Source of the DNA: Clostridia bacterium
GTDB taxonomy: Bacteria; Bacillota; Clostridia; UBA1381; UBA9506
Direction of reading: 5' to 3'
NCBI GenBank assembly: GCA_045652815.1
Contig: JAZOLH010000037.1
Location: forward strand, 691 to 64,690
DNA: 64,000 nt
The notes under the pieces are model-generated. The model was given only the letters and a program-made list of their open reading frames with translations. It was not told the DNA's origin and did not search any database. Made by a program: the position numbers and the translations under genes. Shown piece by piece: positions 1 to 10,696 of this stretch; position 1 is the stretch's first letter, and every line of letters begins with the position of its first letter.

Positions 1-989
1 GTTACGGAAATCTCCGAAAATGTCCTGCGGGAAAAACCGATGCCTAAATAACGACCGAAGAGCGATAATTCCCATTCGGTTTCTTCTATGTCGTAATCGG
101 TGAATGTGGTTTCTGCATTTTTAAAGAAAGATACGTCCTTGCTAAACAGGTGCAAGGTGGTTTTTGTTTCCTGTTTCCCCGTTTCTTCCCTGACGGGGGA
201 CCAAAGAGAAAACGCTTTTGTTTTTTCGTACCACACGCGAGCATAAATTTCTCCTTCTGATTGCACGGTACGTGGCGGAACGTCTTTTTCGCTGAGAATT
301 AAACCGCTGACCAAAAGGTCGCCTTTTCGAACGGTATCGCCCAAAGCAACCATAGGATTTCCATTTTTGATAATCATGGATTCAATCACACCGTCTTTGG
401 TGGCGATAATGTTGGCAAGAGTATGTTCATCGTGGATGGGTGGGGCTGGTGTTCGCTCCTTTACCTGTACAATTACTTTGGAGCCGTGTTTATCTGCCCA
501 GAGCCAAACCAGCTCCGGTGTGTTGATTAAAATTTGATTCTGCAATTTCTTTTCGTTAATAAAGGGGCGGAAAGCACCGATGGTAAGCCCGTTTTCCGCC
601 AATTTTTCTTCCACAAGTTTTGGTGAGATGGTTTCGCAGCCAATAATTTCAATTTTCCAGATAAACTGATTCAAAACAATGAGTAAGGATAGGCAAAGCA
701 GAAGCCCCGATACAAACCAAATGCGTTTTTTTAGCTTGGTAAGCAAAATGGGCAGGCCGCATTTTTTTAAAATTTTAATTTGCACATTGGTTTTTCTGGC
801 AATGGGCGAAAGCAGTTTAAATGCCGCCATACTCACGTGGCATTTTAAGACCTTTTCGCCACAGGGGAACAGGTTCCAAAGCAGGATGCCACGGGCGGCA
901 CAAACGTTTAAAAAACGCTCGATATAAGGGCCTGAAACCGTCATAATCACGTAGCCTCGTAAATAGGAATAGAGTTTTGCAAAAAGCAT
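1..989 (-). CDS. yqfD: Sporulation protein YqfD (stage IV sporulation protein), 3' part runs off the window
   Basis: Minus-strand frame is open from ATG at 989 to the window edge. Manual translation begins MLFAKLYSYLRGYVIMTVSGPYIERFLNVC, the YqfD-type N-terminus. It lies directly downstream of yqfC, as in Bacillus and Clostridium. Confidence 0.8.
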   Translation of the reverse strand, partial: MLFAKLYSYLRGYVIMTVSGPYIERFLNVCAARGILLWNLFPCGEKVLKCHVSMAAFKLLSPIARKTNVQIKILKKCGLPILLTKLKKRIWFVSGLLLCLSLLIVLNQFIWKIEIIGCETISPKLVEEKLAENGLTIGAFRPFINEKKLQNQILINTPELVWLWADKHGSKVIVQVKERTPAPPIHDEHTLANIIATKDGVIESMIIKNGNPMVALGDTVRKGDLLVSGLILSEKDVPPRTVQSEGEIYARVWYEKTKAFSLWSPVREETGKQETKTTLHLFSKDVSFFKNAETTFTDYDIEETEWELSLFGRYLGIGFSRRTFSEISV

Positions 990-1004
990 GAAAAAGCCTC
1001 GTTT

Positions 1005-1304
1005 CTACAAAAGTGACAGAGAAGAAATGATACCGTGGATCACAATCTCTTCGTCGGTGATGGCGATGATTTCCAGGTTTTCTCCCTGAATACGGATTTG
1101 ATATTGCTTACACCGAAGCAAAATCTCTGTTTTTTCATATCCTTCGATGCTCTTATAATTTTCAATGGAGAGTTCCCGATTGTCATTTAAGGTAAAACGG
1201 GGCACATCGGCTACCACATCCAAAGGGACATCCAGCATTTGAGACAATCGCTCCCGTTTTGTTTTCTTGGGGGCGGTTTCTTTTTTGTGAACTGATTTTC
1301 TCAC
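1005..1304 (-). CDS. yqfC: Sporulation protein YqfC
   Basis: 99-aa ORF of YqfC size and sequence type (LDVPLDVVADVPRFTLNDNRELSIENYKSI...). GTG start preceded by GAGGTGA. Followed by yqfD. Confidence 0.8.
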   Translation of the reverse strand: MRKSVHKKETAPKKTKRERLSQMLDVPLDVVADVPRFTLNDNRELSIENYKSIEGYEKTEILLRCKQYQIRIQGENLEIIAITDEEIVIHGIISSLSLL

Positions 1305-1381
1305 CCTCTATCACCTCGCTTGTTATTTTTATGCGGCTTTGTTCATAAAGATTACTAAACCACGAGAGGGAGGGTGCTAAG

Positions 1382-2479
1382 ATGGTAAACAAACGTGAAA
1401 AAACGAGAAAAATATGTGTGATTTTTATGATTATAGGATTTTTTATTCTGCTGATTGTCAACTCTGAAAGAGTGCAGTGGGGTGTTAAGGCAGCCCTTGT
1501 TTTGTGTTATCGAACGGTGATTCCGTCACTGTTTCCTTTTTTGGTTTTATCGTCACTTTTAACAGAAAGCGGATTCCCGAAAATCTGCGCCAAATATCTC
1601 GCACCTGTTATGAAACCCTTATTTTCAGTGGGCGGGGCAGGGGCCTTTCCCTTTATCGTCGGTTTAGTCAGCGGATATCCTGTTGGGGCTAAAACCATTG
1701 GTAGCCTATATATGAATGGAACGCTGGCCAAAGACGAGTCAGAACGCCTGCTTGCTTTTTGTAATAACGCAGGACCTTTGTTTGTGATTGGTGCGGTTGG
1801 TGTTGGGATGTTAAAGAGCCTAAAAGTAGGGATTTATCTGTATTTAATACACGTTGTGAGTGCGATTTTGGTTGGGATTTTACTGAAATTGATGAGCCAA
1901 TCAAAAACTGTTAAGGGTAAAGCCTTGACAGCAAAAAATAACTGTCAAGCCCCTCGCCTTAATGGGATAGCGGGAGCAGTGTCTGTTGGCGTGGAAACAG
2001 TTCTGTTAATTTGCGGTTATATCCTGTTATTTTCGGCAATTTGGCAGGCGGTTTTGCCGCTTTTAGAGCGGGTTTTGCCTGACTTTGTTTTACTTGTTCT
2101 CTCAGGTTTGTTTGAGGTGACAAATGGGGTGGCAGGTGCTGTAAAAACCAACCTTTCTCCAAGGATTTTATCGGCACTTTTATCTTTTTTTCTTGGTTGT
2201 GGGGGACTTTGTGTGTATTTGCAGGTGTCGGGGGTTTTAATGGGTACAGGCATCCGCACCAAAACATACTGTTTCGGGAAGTTGCTTCAGGGAAGTTTTG
2301 CTTTTGTTTTAACCTTTGTGCTATATCCTTTTTTGCCGGAAGAAACCCAAAGCGTTTTTTTAAATGCAGGGGAGGTTTTGCAAAAAACGGGTCGTATTTT
2401 GCCGCACTTTGTGAATCTGTTCATTTTGTTTGTTGCGGCCTTGTTGATTCTGGCAAAGGGTCAGCGAAAAAGGGTATAA
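1382..2479 (+). CDS. ylbJ: Sporulation integral membrane protein YlbJ (nucleoside-recognition/Gate-domain membrane protein)
   Basis: 365-aa polytopic membrane ORF with GGAGGG RBS. Sequence style matches the YlbJ family. Divergent from yqfC. Confidence 0.7.
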   Translation: MVNKREKTRKICVIFMIIGFFILLIVNSERVQWGVKAALVLCYRTVIPSLFPFLVLSSLLTESGFPKICAKYLAPVMKPLFSVGGAGAFPFIVGLVSGYPVGAKTIGSLYMNGTLAKDESERLLAFCNNAGPLFVIGAVGVGMLKSLKVGIYLYLIHVVSAILVGILLKLMSQSKTVKGKALTAKNNCQAPRLNGIAGAVSVGVETVLLICGYILLFSAIWQAVLPLLERVLPDFVLLVLSGLFEVTNGVAGAVKTNLSPRILSALLSFFLGCGGLCVYLQVSGVLMGTGIRTKTYCFGKLLQGSFAFVLTFVLYPFLPEETQSVFLNAGEVLQKTGRILPHFVNLFILFVAALLILAKGQRKRV

Positions 2480-2503
2480 TTTCCCTCTGTTTTACATAGA
2501 CTA
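2474..2503 (+). promoter_or_regulatory. Candidate mother-cell (sigmaE-type) promoter of the glg operon
   Basis: GTATAATT, 13 nt, CATAGACT(A) immediately upstream of glgB, resembling the sigmaE/K -10 CATA...T(A). The B. subtilis glgBCDAP operon is sigmaE-dependent. Confidence 0.35.
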
Positions 2504-2539
2504 TCGGTGTGTTTTATGACAGTAAAGGAAGATGATGAC

Positions 2540-4456
2540 ATGAAAAGAACAAAGGAACGAAACAACGACATAAAAAAGGCGTTTTCGGATTTTCATAAAG
2601 GCGAAAATTATCACGCCTATCGCATTTTAGGGGCTCACAGAATCAGGGAGAACGCCTTTTGCTTTCGCGTTTGGGCACCGAATGCCAAAAGCGTTTCCGT
2701 GGTAGGTGATTTTAACCTGTGGGAGCGGGATCAACATCCTATGCGGCGGGTGACGGACGGGGGCATTTGGGAAACGGAAATTGAGGAACTTCTGCCTTTT
2801 GATTTGTACAAATATTCCATTGAGGATAGAGAAGGAACCGTGCGGCTCAAAGCGGACCCTTACGGATATCATTTTGAAACCAGGCCCGGCACAGCTACAA
2901 AACTCTATGAACTGGATGATTTTAACTGGACGGATGGTGTTTATCGCAGAAAGCGCAAGAAAGAAAATCCGCTCCGTCGCCCCGTGAATATCTATGAAGT
3001 GCATCTGGGCTCCTGGAAACAGTATCGAAACGGGGCAGGGTTTGACTACGTTAAACTGGCAGAAGAACTAGTGCCTTATGTGAAGCATATGGGCTATACC
3101 CACATTGAACTTTTGCCCGTCAGCGAATACCCCTACGATGCCTCCTGGGGCTATCAGGTGACGGGGTATTACGCTGTTACCGCCCGCTATGGCACGCCGC
3201 ATGATTTTATGCAGTTTGTGGATATTTGTCACAGCGCAGGTATCGGGGTTATTGTTGACTTCGTGGCGGCACATTTTCCTAAGGATGCCATGGGGCTTTA
3301 TGAGTTTGATGGCACCTGTTGTTATGAATATGCCGACCCTTTGATGAATGAACATCCCCATTGGGGTACGCGGATTTTTGACTACGAAAAAGGGGAAGTG
3401 AAATCCTTTTTAATTTCCAATGCCCTGTTCTTTTTAGAATGCTACCACGTGGATGGCATTCGCGTGGATGCAGTGGCATCTATGCTGTATTTAGATTACG
3501 GTCGCAGGGACGGAGAGTGGCGACCTAATCGGTTTGGTGGCAAAGAAAATTTAGGCGCTATCGACTTTTTAAGAGCGTTAAACAAGGCGGCATATAGTTT
3601 TGACCCTGCAGTTTTGATGATAGCCGAAGAATCCACCGCCTGGCCTATGGTAACAAAGCCGCCCGATGAGGGTGGATTGGGCTTTTTATTTAAATGGAAT
3701 ATGGGGTGGATGAATGATAGCCTTTCCTATATGGCAAAAGACCCGTTTTTCAGAAGCGGAGTGCATCATCAGTTGACGTTTTCTATGACCTATGCCTTTT
3801 CGGAGAACTACATTTTGCCTTTATCCCACGATGAAACGGTCCACGGAAAGTGTTCCCTGCTTTCAAAAATGCCCGGCGGTTATGAGCAAAAATTTGCCAA
3901 TCTCAGAGCCTTTTTGGCTTATCAGATTGCCCACCCAGGCAAAAAACTGTTATTTATGGGCGGGGAGTTTGCCCAGTTTATCGAGTGGGATTACCACAGG
4001 GAAATTGACTGGCTTCTGCTTGGTTACGACCAGCACCAAAAATTCCAGAACTGCATTCGGGACCTAAATCGCTTGTATCTGAAACATTCGTCCTTTTGGG
4101 ATATTGATGATGACTGGGCAGGATTTTTGTGGCTTGTGCCCGATGATTATCAGCAAAACATTTTAGCCTTTATCCGCCGCAATGAAAAGGGTAAATCCAT
4201 TTTGTGTGTGTTTAATTTCTCTCCTGTCATGCGGGAGCATTACCGCATCGGAATGCCGATGCCTGCCAAAGTGCGACGTCTTTTAACAACGGATGATACA
4301 AAATATGGCGGCGGGGGATTGGGGCAGAAAACAACACGGACAAAGGCAGTTTCGTCTCACGGATTTCCGCAAAGCATTGTGCTGACGGTAGCGCCTATGT
4401 CGGCTACTTTTTATGACATAAAACCGATCTTTGAAGAGGAGAGACAACATGAATAA
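2540..4456 (+). CDS. glgB: 1,4-alpha-glucan branching enzyme
   Basis: GH13 motifs [10 protein letters not shown] and IAEEST. ATG at 2540 has an AAGGAAG RBS; the ORF is open from 2507, so the start is uncertain by about 11 codons. Confidence 0.93.
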   Translation: MKRTKERNNDIKKAFSDFHKGENYHAYRILGAHRIRENAFCFRVWAPNAKSVSVVGDFNLWERDQHPMRRVTDGGIWETEIEELLPFDLYKYSIEDREGTVRLKADPYGYHFETRPGTATKLYELDDFNWTDGVYRRKRKKENPLRRPVNIYEVHLGSWKQYRNGAGFDYVKLAEELVPYVKHMGYTHIELLPVSEYPYDASWGYQVTGYYAVTARYGTPHDFMQFVDICHSAGIGVIVDFVAAHFPKDAMGLYEFDGTCCYEYADPLMNEHPHWGTRIFDYEKGEVKSFLISNALFFLECYHVDGIRVDAVASMLYLDYGRRDGEWRPNRFGGKENLGAIDFLRALNKAAYSFDPAVLMIAEESTAWPMVTKPPDEGGLGFLFKWNMGWMNDSLSYMAKDPFFRSGVHHQLTFSMTYAFSENYILPLSHDETVHGKCSLLSKMPGGYEQKFANLRAFLAYQIAHPGKKLLFMGGEFAQFIEWDYHREIDWLLLGYDQHQKFQNCIRDLNRLYLKHSSFWDIDDDWAGFLWLVPDDYQQNILAFIRRNEKGKSILCVFNFSPVMREHYRIGMPMPAKVRRLLTTDDTKYGGGGLGQKTTRTKAVSSHGFPQSIVLTVAPMSATFYDIKPIFEEERQHE

Positions 4457-5606
4457 GAAAAAAACAATTGCGATGCTACTGGCCGGTGGTCAGGGCAGTC
4501 GCCTCGGCTCTCTGACGAGGCATATTGCAAAGCCGGCCGTTCCTTTTGGCGGCAAATACCGTATCATTGATTTCACCTTGTCTAACTGCGTGAATTCAGG
4601 AATTGATACAGTTGGTGTTTTAACCCAATATAAACCCTTAGAACTCAATGAATATATCGGCGGCGGTCAGCCCTGGGGATTAGATCGTAACTGGGGTGGT
4701 GTGCATATTCTGCAGCCATACACCAAAATCAATTCAAAGTCCTGGTATGAGGGAACAGCCAATGCGATTTTTCAGAATCTGGCTTTTATTGAGCGCTATC
4801 ATCCCGACTATGTGGTGATTGTGTCGGGTGACCATATTTACAAAATGGATTATAGCGAAATGATTGCCTTTCACGAAGAAAAAAATGCCGATTGCACCAT
4901 TGCGGTGATTGATGTGCCCATAGAAGAGGCCTCCCGTTTCGGCATTATGAATACAGATGATAAAAACCGCATTACAGAGTTTGAAGAAAAACCGAAAAAA
5001 CCCAAAAGCACCAAGGCATCTATGGGTGTTTATGTGTTTAATACAGAGGTTCTTAAAACCTATCTGACAGAGGATGATAAAAAAGAAAAATCCGCCCACG
5101 ATTTTGGCAAAAACATCATTCCCTCTATGCTCTCTGACGGGAAAAACCTGTTTGCCTGGTCCTTTTCGGGATACTGGAAAGACGTTGGCACAACCGAAAG
5201 TTTTTGGGAGGCCAATATGGACATGTTAGAGCCCGATTGCGCTTTTTATCAGGAAGAAGATAGCCTGAAGGTTTATGCCCGAAATGACGACAGTCCGCCC
5301 ACCTTTGTGGCAGAAACTGCCCATCTTTCTGATTCTATCGTGGCAAAAGGTTGCTGTATCGGTGGCGAAGCCATATCATCCGTCATTTCCGCTCGCTGTA
5401 TGATTGAGGAGGGCGCTAAAGTCACTCGTTCTGTGTTACTGCCCGGTGTGGTTGTTAAAAGCGGCGCAGAAGTTTCCTATGCCATTATTGGCAAGCAGGC
5501 GGTGATTGAAGCAGGTGCTAAAGTGGGCGAAGCGGAAAAAGATGGGGTAAGACCTGACATCTACGTGATTGCCGAGAAGAAAAAAATCGGCGCAAAAACG
5601 GTATAG
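4449..5606 (+). CDS. glgC: Glucose-1-phosphate adenylyltransferase catalytic subunit
   Basis: [13 protein letters not shown] nucleotide-binding motif and C-terminal left-handed beta-helix region. RBS GAGGAGAG. Overlaps the glgB stop by 8 nt. Confidence 0.93.
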   Translation: MNKKKTIAMLLAGGQGSRLGSLTRHIAKPAVPFGGKYRIIDFTLSNCVNSGIDTVGVLTQYKPLELNEYIGGGQPWGLDRNWGGVHILQPYTKINSKSWYEGTANAIFQNLAFIERYHPDYVVIVSGDHIYKMDYSEMIAFHEEKNADCTIAVIDVPIEEASRFGIMNTDDKNRITEFEEKPKKPKSTKASMGVYVFNTEVLKTYLTEDDKKEKSAHDFGKNIIPSMLSDGKNLFAWSFSGYWKDVGTTESFWEANMDMLEPDCAFYQEEDSLKVYARNDDSPPTFVAETAHLSDSIVAKGCCIGGEAISSVISARCMIEEGAKVTRSVLLPGVVVKSGAEVSYAIIGKQAVIEAGAKVGEAEKDGVRPDIYVIAEKKKIGAKTV

Positions 5607-5621
5607 AAAGGAGGCAATACG

Positions 5622-6728
5622 ATGAATATGATGGGGATTATTTTTTCGAACATATATGATGAGCGTTTGGGCGAAATTGCGCGGCACAGAACGCTTGCAT
5701 CCATTCCCTTTGGTGCTCGTTACCGCCTGATTGATTTTGTGCTGTCGGGTATGGTAAATGCAGGCGTTACCAATGTTGGCGTGATTACCAAGCAGAACTA
5801 TCAATCGCTCATGGACCATTTGGGTAGCGGTAAGCCCTGGGATTTGGATAGAAAGGTGGACGGTCTTTTTATCCTGCCGCCCTTTGGCACAGGGCAGAAA
5901 AACATCTATCGTGGTAAAATTGAGGCCCTTTGGGGTGCCAGACGGTTTTTGGAACGCTCTGACGAAGAATATGTGCTTTTGGCGGATGCCAATGTGATTT
6001 GTAACATTGACTATCGGGCTATGCTCAAAGAGCACGTTGCATCCGGTGCCGACATCAGTATGATTACCAAAAAAGAGACCATATCGGGCTATGGCGACAG
6101 TCGGGATTTGGTGGTGCGTACGGAACAAACGGGGCGTGTGCGAGAGGTGTTATTGCATTTCGGTGTGCCGGGTGTGGAAAACGTCAGCATCGGGATGTAT
6201 ATCACAAAACGCCGGTTTTTACTTGATTTGCTCTCCGAGGCTTATTCTTACAGTTTAGTGGATTTTGAGCGGGAGATTTTGCAGGCAAAATGCGGATTGC
6301 TCCAGATTCAAAGTCTTGAATTTAAAGGGGAAATTCTGCGAATTTCCTGCCCGACCAGTTATTTTCGTGCCAATATGGCGCTGCTTGATCAAAACATCCG
6401 TGATGAGATGTTTGCAGGTTCTGTTTATACCAAGATTTTAGATGAAGTGCCCACCCGTTACCATAGCGGCTCTCAGGTTTCCAATTGCCTGCTGGCCGAT
6501 GGCTGTGATATTTTCGGCGAGGCAGACCATTCCGTCATTTTTCGCAATGTGCATATCGGCAAGGGGGCTAGAGTGAAGAACTGCATTTTGATGCAGGATA
6601 CCTATATTGAGGATGGCGCAAGCCTTGAATATGCCATTTGTGATAAAAATGTGCGCATCACAGCAGGGCGGCTTTTATCGGGTGCGCCTGCCCATCAGAT
6701 TATTATGACCAAGGGAAAGGTGGTGTAA
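5622..6728 (+). CDS. glgD: Glucose-1-phosphate adenylyltransferase GlgD subunit
   Basis: GlgC paralogue lacking the GGxGxRL motif, in the Firmicutes glgC-glgD position. RBS AAGGAGG. Confidence 0.88.
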   Translation: MNMMGIIFSNIYDERLGEIARHRTLASIPFGARYRLIDFVLSGMVNAGVTNVGVITKQNYQSLMDHLGSGKPWDLDRKVDGLFILPPFGTGQKNIYRGKIEALWGARRFLERSDEEYVLLADANVICNIDYRAMLKEHVASGADISMITKKETISGYGDSRDLVVRTEQTGRVREVLLHFGVPGVENVSIGMYITKRRFLLDLLSEAYSYSLVDFEREILQAKCGLLQIQSLEFKGEILRISCPTSYFRANMALLDQNIRDEMFAGSVYTKILDEVPTRYHSGSQVSNCLLADGCDIFGEADHSVIFRNVHIGKGARVKNCILMQDTYIEDGASLEYAICDKNVRITAGRLLSGAPAHQIIMTKGKVV

Positions 6729-6730
6729 GG

Positions 6731-8152
6731 ATGAGGATTCTGTTTGCGTCGGCAGAGGCGGCGCCTTTTGCTAAAATCGGCGGTTTGGGTGATGTGGCTT
6801 ACGCGCTGCCGCGCGCCCTGGCAAAAAGCGGCGAAGAGGCGGCGGTTGTGATGCCGCTTTATAAGCAGATTAAAGAGGCAGAGGGGGAGAATCTGACCTT
6901 TCTTTGCGATTTTACGCTGCCACTTTCTTGGCGGCAACTTTACTGCGGTGTGTTTTATAAGAAAGTGGGCGATGTGACCTACTTTTTTATTGATAACGAA
7001 TATTATTTTATGCGGGAGTCTGTCTATGGTCAGTTTGATGACGGGGAGAGGTTTGCTTTTTTCTGCAAGGCGGTTTTGGAGATGCTTTGGCATATTGATT
7101 TTTGCCCTGATGTGATTCACGCAAACGACTGGCAATGCGGACTCATTCCGCTTTTTTTGAATGTGTTTTACCGCACAGAAGAACGATTTTCCAAGATTAG
7201 AACCCTGTTTACCATTCACAACGTGGAATATCAGGGCACCTTTCCCCGAGGTTTTGCAGGTGAGGTTTTAGGGTTTTCTGAAGAAACTATGCCCGATTGC
7301 ATCTGGAACGGGGACGTGAACTGTCTGTATGCAGGTATCCGTGCGGCAAACAGGGTGACAACTGTTTCAAAAACCTATGCAGAGGAACTGAAAACTGCCT
7401 TTTATGGCAGGGGATTAGACAGCGTTTTTAATGAAGAAGCCCACAAATTTTGCGGGGTGATTAACGGGATTGATATGGATCTTTTTAATCCTCATACAGA
7501 TGAGCATCTGTTCCATCGTTATGATGTGAAAACTATGGCAGGCAAGAAAATCGGCAAGCGCAGATTACGTGAAATGCTGGGTCTTGAACAGGAGGAAGAA
7601 GTGCCGATTTTTGGTATGGTCAGCCGATTGGTGGAGCATAAGGGTTTGTCGTTGGTTGAATTTGTGCGCCACGAACTCTTAGAGCGCCCTTTGCAGCTGG
7701 TTGTGCTCGGCACGGGCGACTGGCACTTTGAAGATATGTTTCGTGCGCTCGCCGCAGACTATCCGGGCAAGGTGAGCGCCAATATTTGTTACAGTACAGA
7801 CCTTGCATCGAAAATCTACGCGGCATCGGATTTCTTTTTGATGCCCTCAAAAAGCGAGCCCTGTGGGCTTTCTCAAATGATTGCCATGCGCTATGGTGCT
7901 ATTCCCATCGTTCGTGAAACGGGCGGTCTTTATGATACGGTTTCGCCCATCAATATCGAAACGGGCGAAGGGCAGGGTTTTACCTTTCACACCTACAACG
8001 CTCACGATATGCTGGGGGCGGTGGACAGAGCGCTTAACTTTTATTATGAGAATAAAACAGGGCTAAAAAAGGTCATCCGCAACAATATGGAAGCGGATTT
8101 TAGTTGGCACAAAGCAGCGGGAGACTATCTTTCCCTTTACCAGTCCATATAA
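6731..8152 (+). CDS. glgA: Glycogen synthase (ADP-glucose type)
   Basis: N-terminal KIGGLGDV motif and GT5 architecture. 473 aa. Confidence 0.93.
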   Translation: MRILFASAEAAPFAKIGGLGDVAYALPRALAKSGEEAAVVMPLYKQIKEAEGENLTFLCDFTLPLSWRQLYCGVFYKKVGDVTYFFIDNEYYFMRESVYGQFDDGERFAFFCKAVLEMLWHIDFCPDVIHANDWQCGLIPLFLNVFYRTEERFSKIRTLFTIHNVEYQGTFPRGFAGEVLGFSEETMPDCIWNGDVNCLYAGIRAANRVTTVSKTYAEELKTAFYGRGLDSVFNEEAHKFCGVINGIDMDLFNPHTDEHLFHRYDVKTMAGKKIGKRRLREMLGLEQEEEVPIFGMVSRLVEHKGLSLVEFVRHELLERPLQLVVLGTGDWHFEDMFRALAADYPGKVSANICYSTDLASKIYAASDFFLMPSKSEPCGLSQMIAMRYGAIPIVRETGGLYDTVSPINIETGEGQGFTFHTYNAHDMLGAVDRALNFYYENKTGLKKVIRNNMEADFSWHKAAGDYLSLYQSI

Positions 8153-8216
8153 AACGGTACCGTTGCCCGCGACGGTGCAAAAAAGAAAGTATGCGGGCAG
8201 AAAGGCAAAGAAAACT

Positions 8217-10634
8217 ATGGCGTTATCGGAAAAAGAAATCCTGACCAAAGAACTGACGGATGTGCTTTTAAGGCGGTTTGGATGTGAGCCGAAAGAGGCC
8301 ACACAAATCCAGTTTTACAGAGCAGTTTGCGAAGTGGTGAAAAATCGATTGTCAGAAAAGCGAAGCCACTTTTCTGCCAAACGAAAAGAGCAGAACAAAA
8401 AGCGGGTTTACTATCTTTCGATGGAGTTTTTAACGGGTCCCTCACTGAAAAATCACGTGTTTCACTTGGGGCTAACAGAGCCTCTTTCTGAGGCGCTCAA
8501 TGGATTTGGCATCTCTTTTGAATCTCTGTGCAAGGCGGAGCCTGATGCGGGTTTAGGTAATGGCGGTTTGGGACGTTTGGCGTCTTGCTATCTGGACTCG
8601 ATGACCACCTGCGGTTATGCCTGCACGGGTTTTTCCATTCGCTATGAATTCGGCATTTTCAGGCAGAAGATTGTGGATGGTTGGCAGATGGAGTTTCCTG
8701 ATAACTGGTTAGAACGTGGCGATGTTTGGCTCACTCCTCGTTATGATGACGAAATCCGCATCCATTTCGGCGGTCGGGCGGAAGAATATTGGCAGGATGG
8801 TGAGCACAAAATTGCCTATCACGACCAAAATACCGTGGTGGCAGTGCCTTATGATATGCTGATTTCGGGCTATGATTCGGGCGCTGTAAACAAACTGGTG
8901 CTTTGGAGTGCGAAATCAGAAGACAGTTTGGATATGGATTTATTTTCCCGTGGGGAATATGCCAAGGCTATGGAACAAAATGCTATGGCAGAGGCGATTT
9001 CCAAGGTGCTGTATCCTGCCGATGACCATTATCGCGGCAAGGAACTCAGACTTAAGCAACAGTACCTTTTGGTGAGTGCATCTCTCCAAAGCATTTTAAA
9101 GGATTTCTTCAAAGAAGAAACGGATATTCACAAATTGCCAGAAAAAGTGGCGGTGCATATTAACGACACCCATCCCTCCCTGTGCGTGCCCGAACTGATG
9201 CGACTCCTTTTGGATGAGCATGGGCTCTGCTGGGAAGATGCCTGGGATATTTGTGGGAGGACGCTTTCCTACACCAACCACACCATTATGAGCGAGGCGC
9301 TGGAGGTTTGGCCGGTGTCTCTCTTTTCGTCCCTTTTGCCCCGTATGTATCAGATTGTTAAAGAGATTGACCGCCGCTTTCTTCTTGTTTTGCAGGAGAA
9401 ATATGGCGGTGATACGGGTAAAATCAACTATATGAAAATCCTGGAAAACGACAGGGTGAAAATGGCGAATCTATGCCTTGCTTGTTGCCACAAAGTCAAC
9501 GGTGTTTCGGCACTACACAGCAAGATTTTGCAGGAAGATGTAGTCCGCGATTTTCATCTGATTATGCCTGATAAATTTATGAATGTCACAAACGGGATTG
9601 CCTATCGCAGATGGCTTTGTCAGGCAAATCCTGAACTGACCGCGTTCCTTAAAGAACTCATTGGTGAAGGTTTTATGCATGATGCGGGAGAACTTGAAAA
9701 GTTAAAGGGTTTCGCAGGGGATAAAACGGTTTTAGATACCTTGCAGAAAATCAAACTGAAAAACAAGCTCAGGCTTTCTGACTATATCGGAGAAAAAGCG
9801 GGGATTTTAGTTGACCCTGCCTCTTTGTTTGATGTGCAGATTAAACGCCTGCACGAATATAAACGCCAGCTTTTAAACGCGCTCCACATTCTGTCTTTAT
9901 ACCACAGTTTGCTTGAACATCCCGAGCGGCAAATTCAGCCCCGTACCTTTATTTTCGGGGCAAAAGCTTCGCCCGGTTATGTGCTGGCTAAACAAACCAT
10001 CCGGCTGATTAACTGCATTGCAAAAGAGGTAAACAGTAACCCCATCACCCGCGACAGGCTCAGGGTTGTGTTCTTAGAAGACTATCGCGTATCTCTTGCC
10101 GAACTGATCATTCCTGCGGCAGAAATCTCCGAGCAGATTTCTGTGGCGGGGAAAGAGGCCTCGGGTACAGGCAATATGAAACTGATGATTAACGGGGCGG
10201 TGACTTTGGGTACCTTGGATGGTGCCAATGTGGAAATTCGTGATGCGGTTGGGGAGGAGAATATGTTTTTATTCGGTATGACTGCAGACGAGGTGGCGAA
10301 AAGAAAGAGAGCAGGCTACGAGCCCGGACGGGTGATGGAACAAGACCCCTTGGTGCGTCGTGCTGTTGAGTATCTGCAAAGAGCGCCTTTTGGCGCAGAA
10401 TTCCACGATTTAATCTGGTCGCTGACGGGTCACGGACAGGATGCCTATATGACCCTGGCGGACTTTTCCGATTATTGCCGCGCACAAGGTCAGGTGCAGG
10501 CGGTTTATGGCGATAGAATGCGCTTTAACAAAATGTCGTTGTTAAATATTGCGGGGGCGGGGATTTTCTCTGCCGACCGAAGTGTTAAAGAATATTGTGA
10601 TGCCATTTGGGGCGTTACACCTGTTCAAAACTAA
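8217..10634 (+). CDS. glgP: Glycogen/maltodextrin phosphorylase
   Basis: GT35 PLP site EASGTGNMKLMINGA. The ORF is open from TTG 8163; ATG 8217 gives about 805 aa, typical for the family. Confidence 0.92.
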   Translation: MALSEKEILTKELTDVLLRRFGCEPKEATQIQFYRAVCEVVKNRLSEKRSHFSAKRKEQNKKRVYYLSMEFLTGPSLKNHVFHLGLTEPLSEALNGFGISFESLCKAEPDAGLGNGGLGRLASCYLDSMTTCGYACTGFSIRYEFGIFRQKIVDGWQMEFPDNWLERGDVWLTPRYDDEIRIHFGGRAEEYWQDGEHKIAYHDQNTVVAVPYDMLISGYDSGAVNKLVLWSAKSEDSLDMDLFSRGEYAKAMEQNAMAEAISKVLYPADDHYRGKELRLKQQYLLVSASLQSILKDFFKEETDIHKLPEKVAVHINDTHPSLCVPELMRLLLDEHGLCWEDAWDICGRTLSYTNHTIMSEALEVWPVSLFSSLLPRMYQIVKEIDRRFLLVLQEKYGGDTGKINYMKILENDRVKMANLCLACCHKVNGVSALHSKILQEDVVRDFHLIMPDKFMNVTNGIAYRRWLCQANPELTAFLKELIGEGFMHDAGELEKLKGFAGDKTVLDTLQKIKLKNKLRLSDYIGEKAGILVDPASLFDVQIKRLHEYKRQLLNALHILSLYHSLLEHPERQIQPRTFIFGAKASPGYVLAKQTIRLINCIAKEVNSNPITRDRLRVVFLEDYRVSLAELIIPAAEISEQISVAGKEASGTGNMKLMINGAVTLGTLDGANVEIRDAVGEENMFLFGMTADEVAKRKRAGYEPGRVMEQDPLVRRAVEYLQRAPFGAEFHDLIWSLTGHGQDAYMTLADFSDYCRAQGQVQAVYGDRMRFNKMSLLNIAGAGIFSADRSVKEYCDAIWGVTPVQN

Positions 10635-10635
10635 A

Positions 10636-10665
10636 GTCACATTTTTGTGTCCCGAAGCATATAAT
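10636..10665 (+). promoter_or_regulatory. Candidate mother-cell sigma (E/K-type) promoter of yunB
   Basis: GTCAC, 17 nt, CATATAAT just after the glgP stop. yunB is sigmaE-controlled in B. subtilis. Confidence 0.3.
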
Positions 10666-10696
10666 GCTATATGATTGTATGCGGGGAGTGGATAGT

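Noticed and set aside
679-927. 82-aa plus-strand ORF
   Set aside because: It lies antisense within the well-supported yqfD coding region, has no RBS and encodes a basic low-complexity product.
5436-6128. Long antisense ORFs inside well-supported genes (5436..6128 230 aa; 15398..16039 213 aa; 19709..20434 241 aa; 39381..40121 246 aa; 53974..54654 226 aa; 50197..50703 168 aa)
   Set aside because: Each is fully contained opposite a gene with clear family motifs. None has an RBS, and each shows mirror-image codon composition. They are treated as shadow ORFs.
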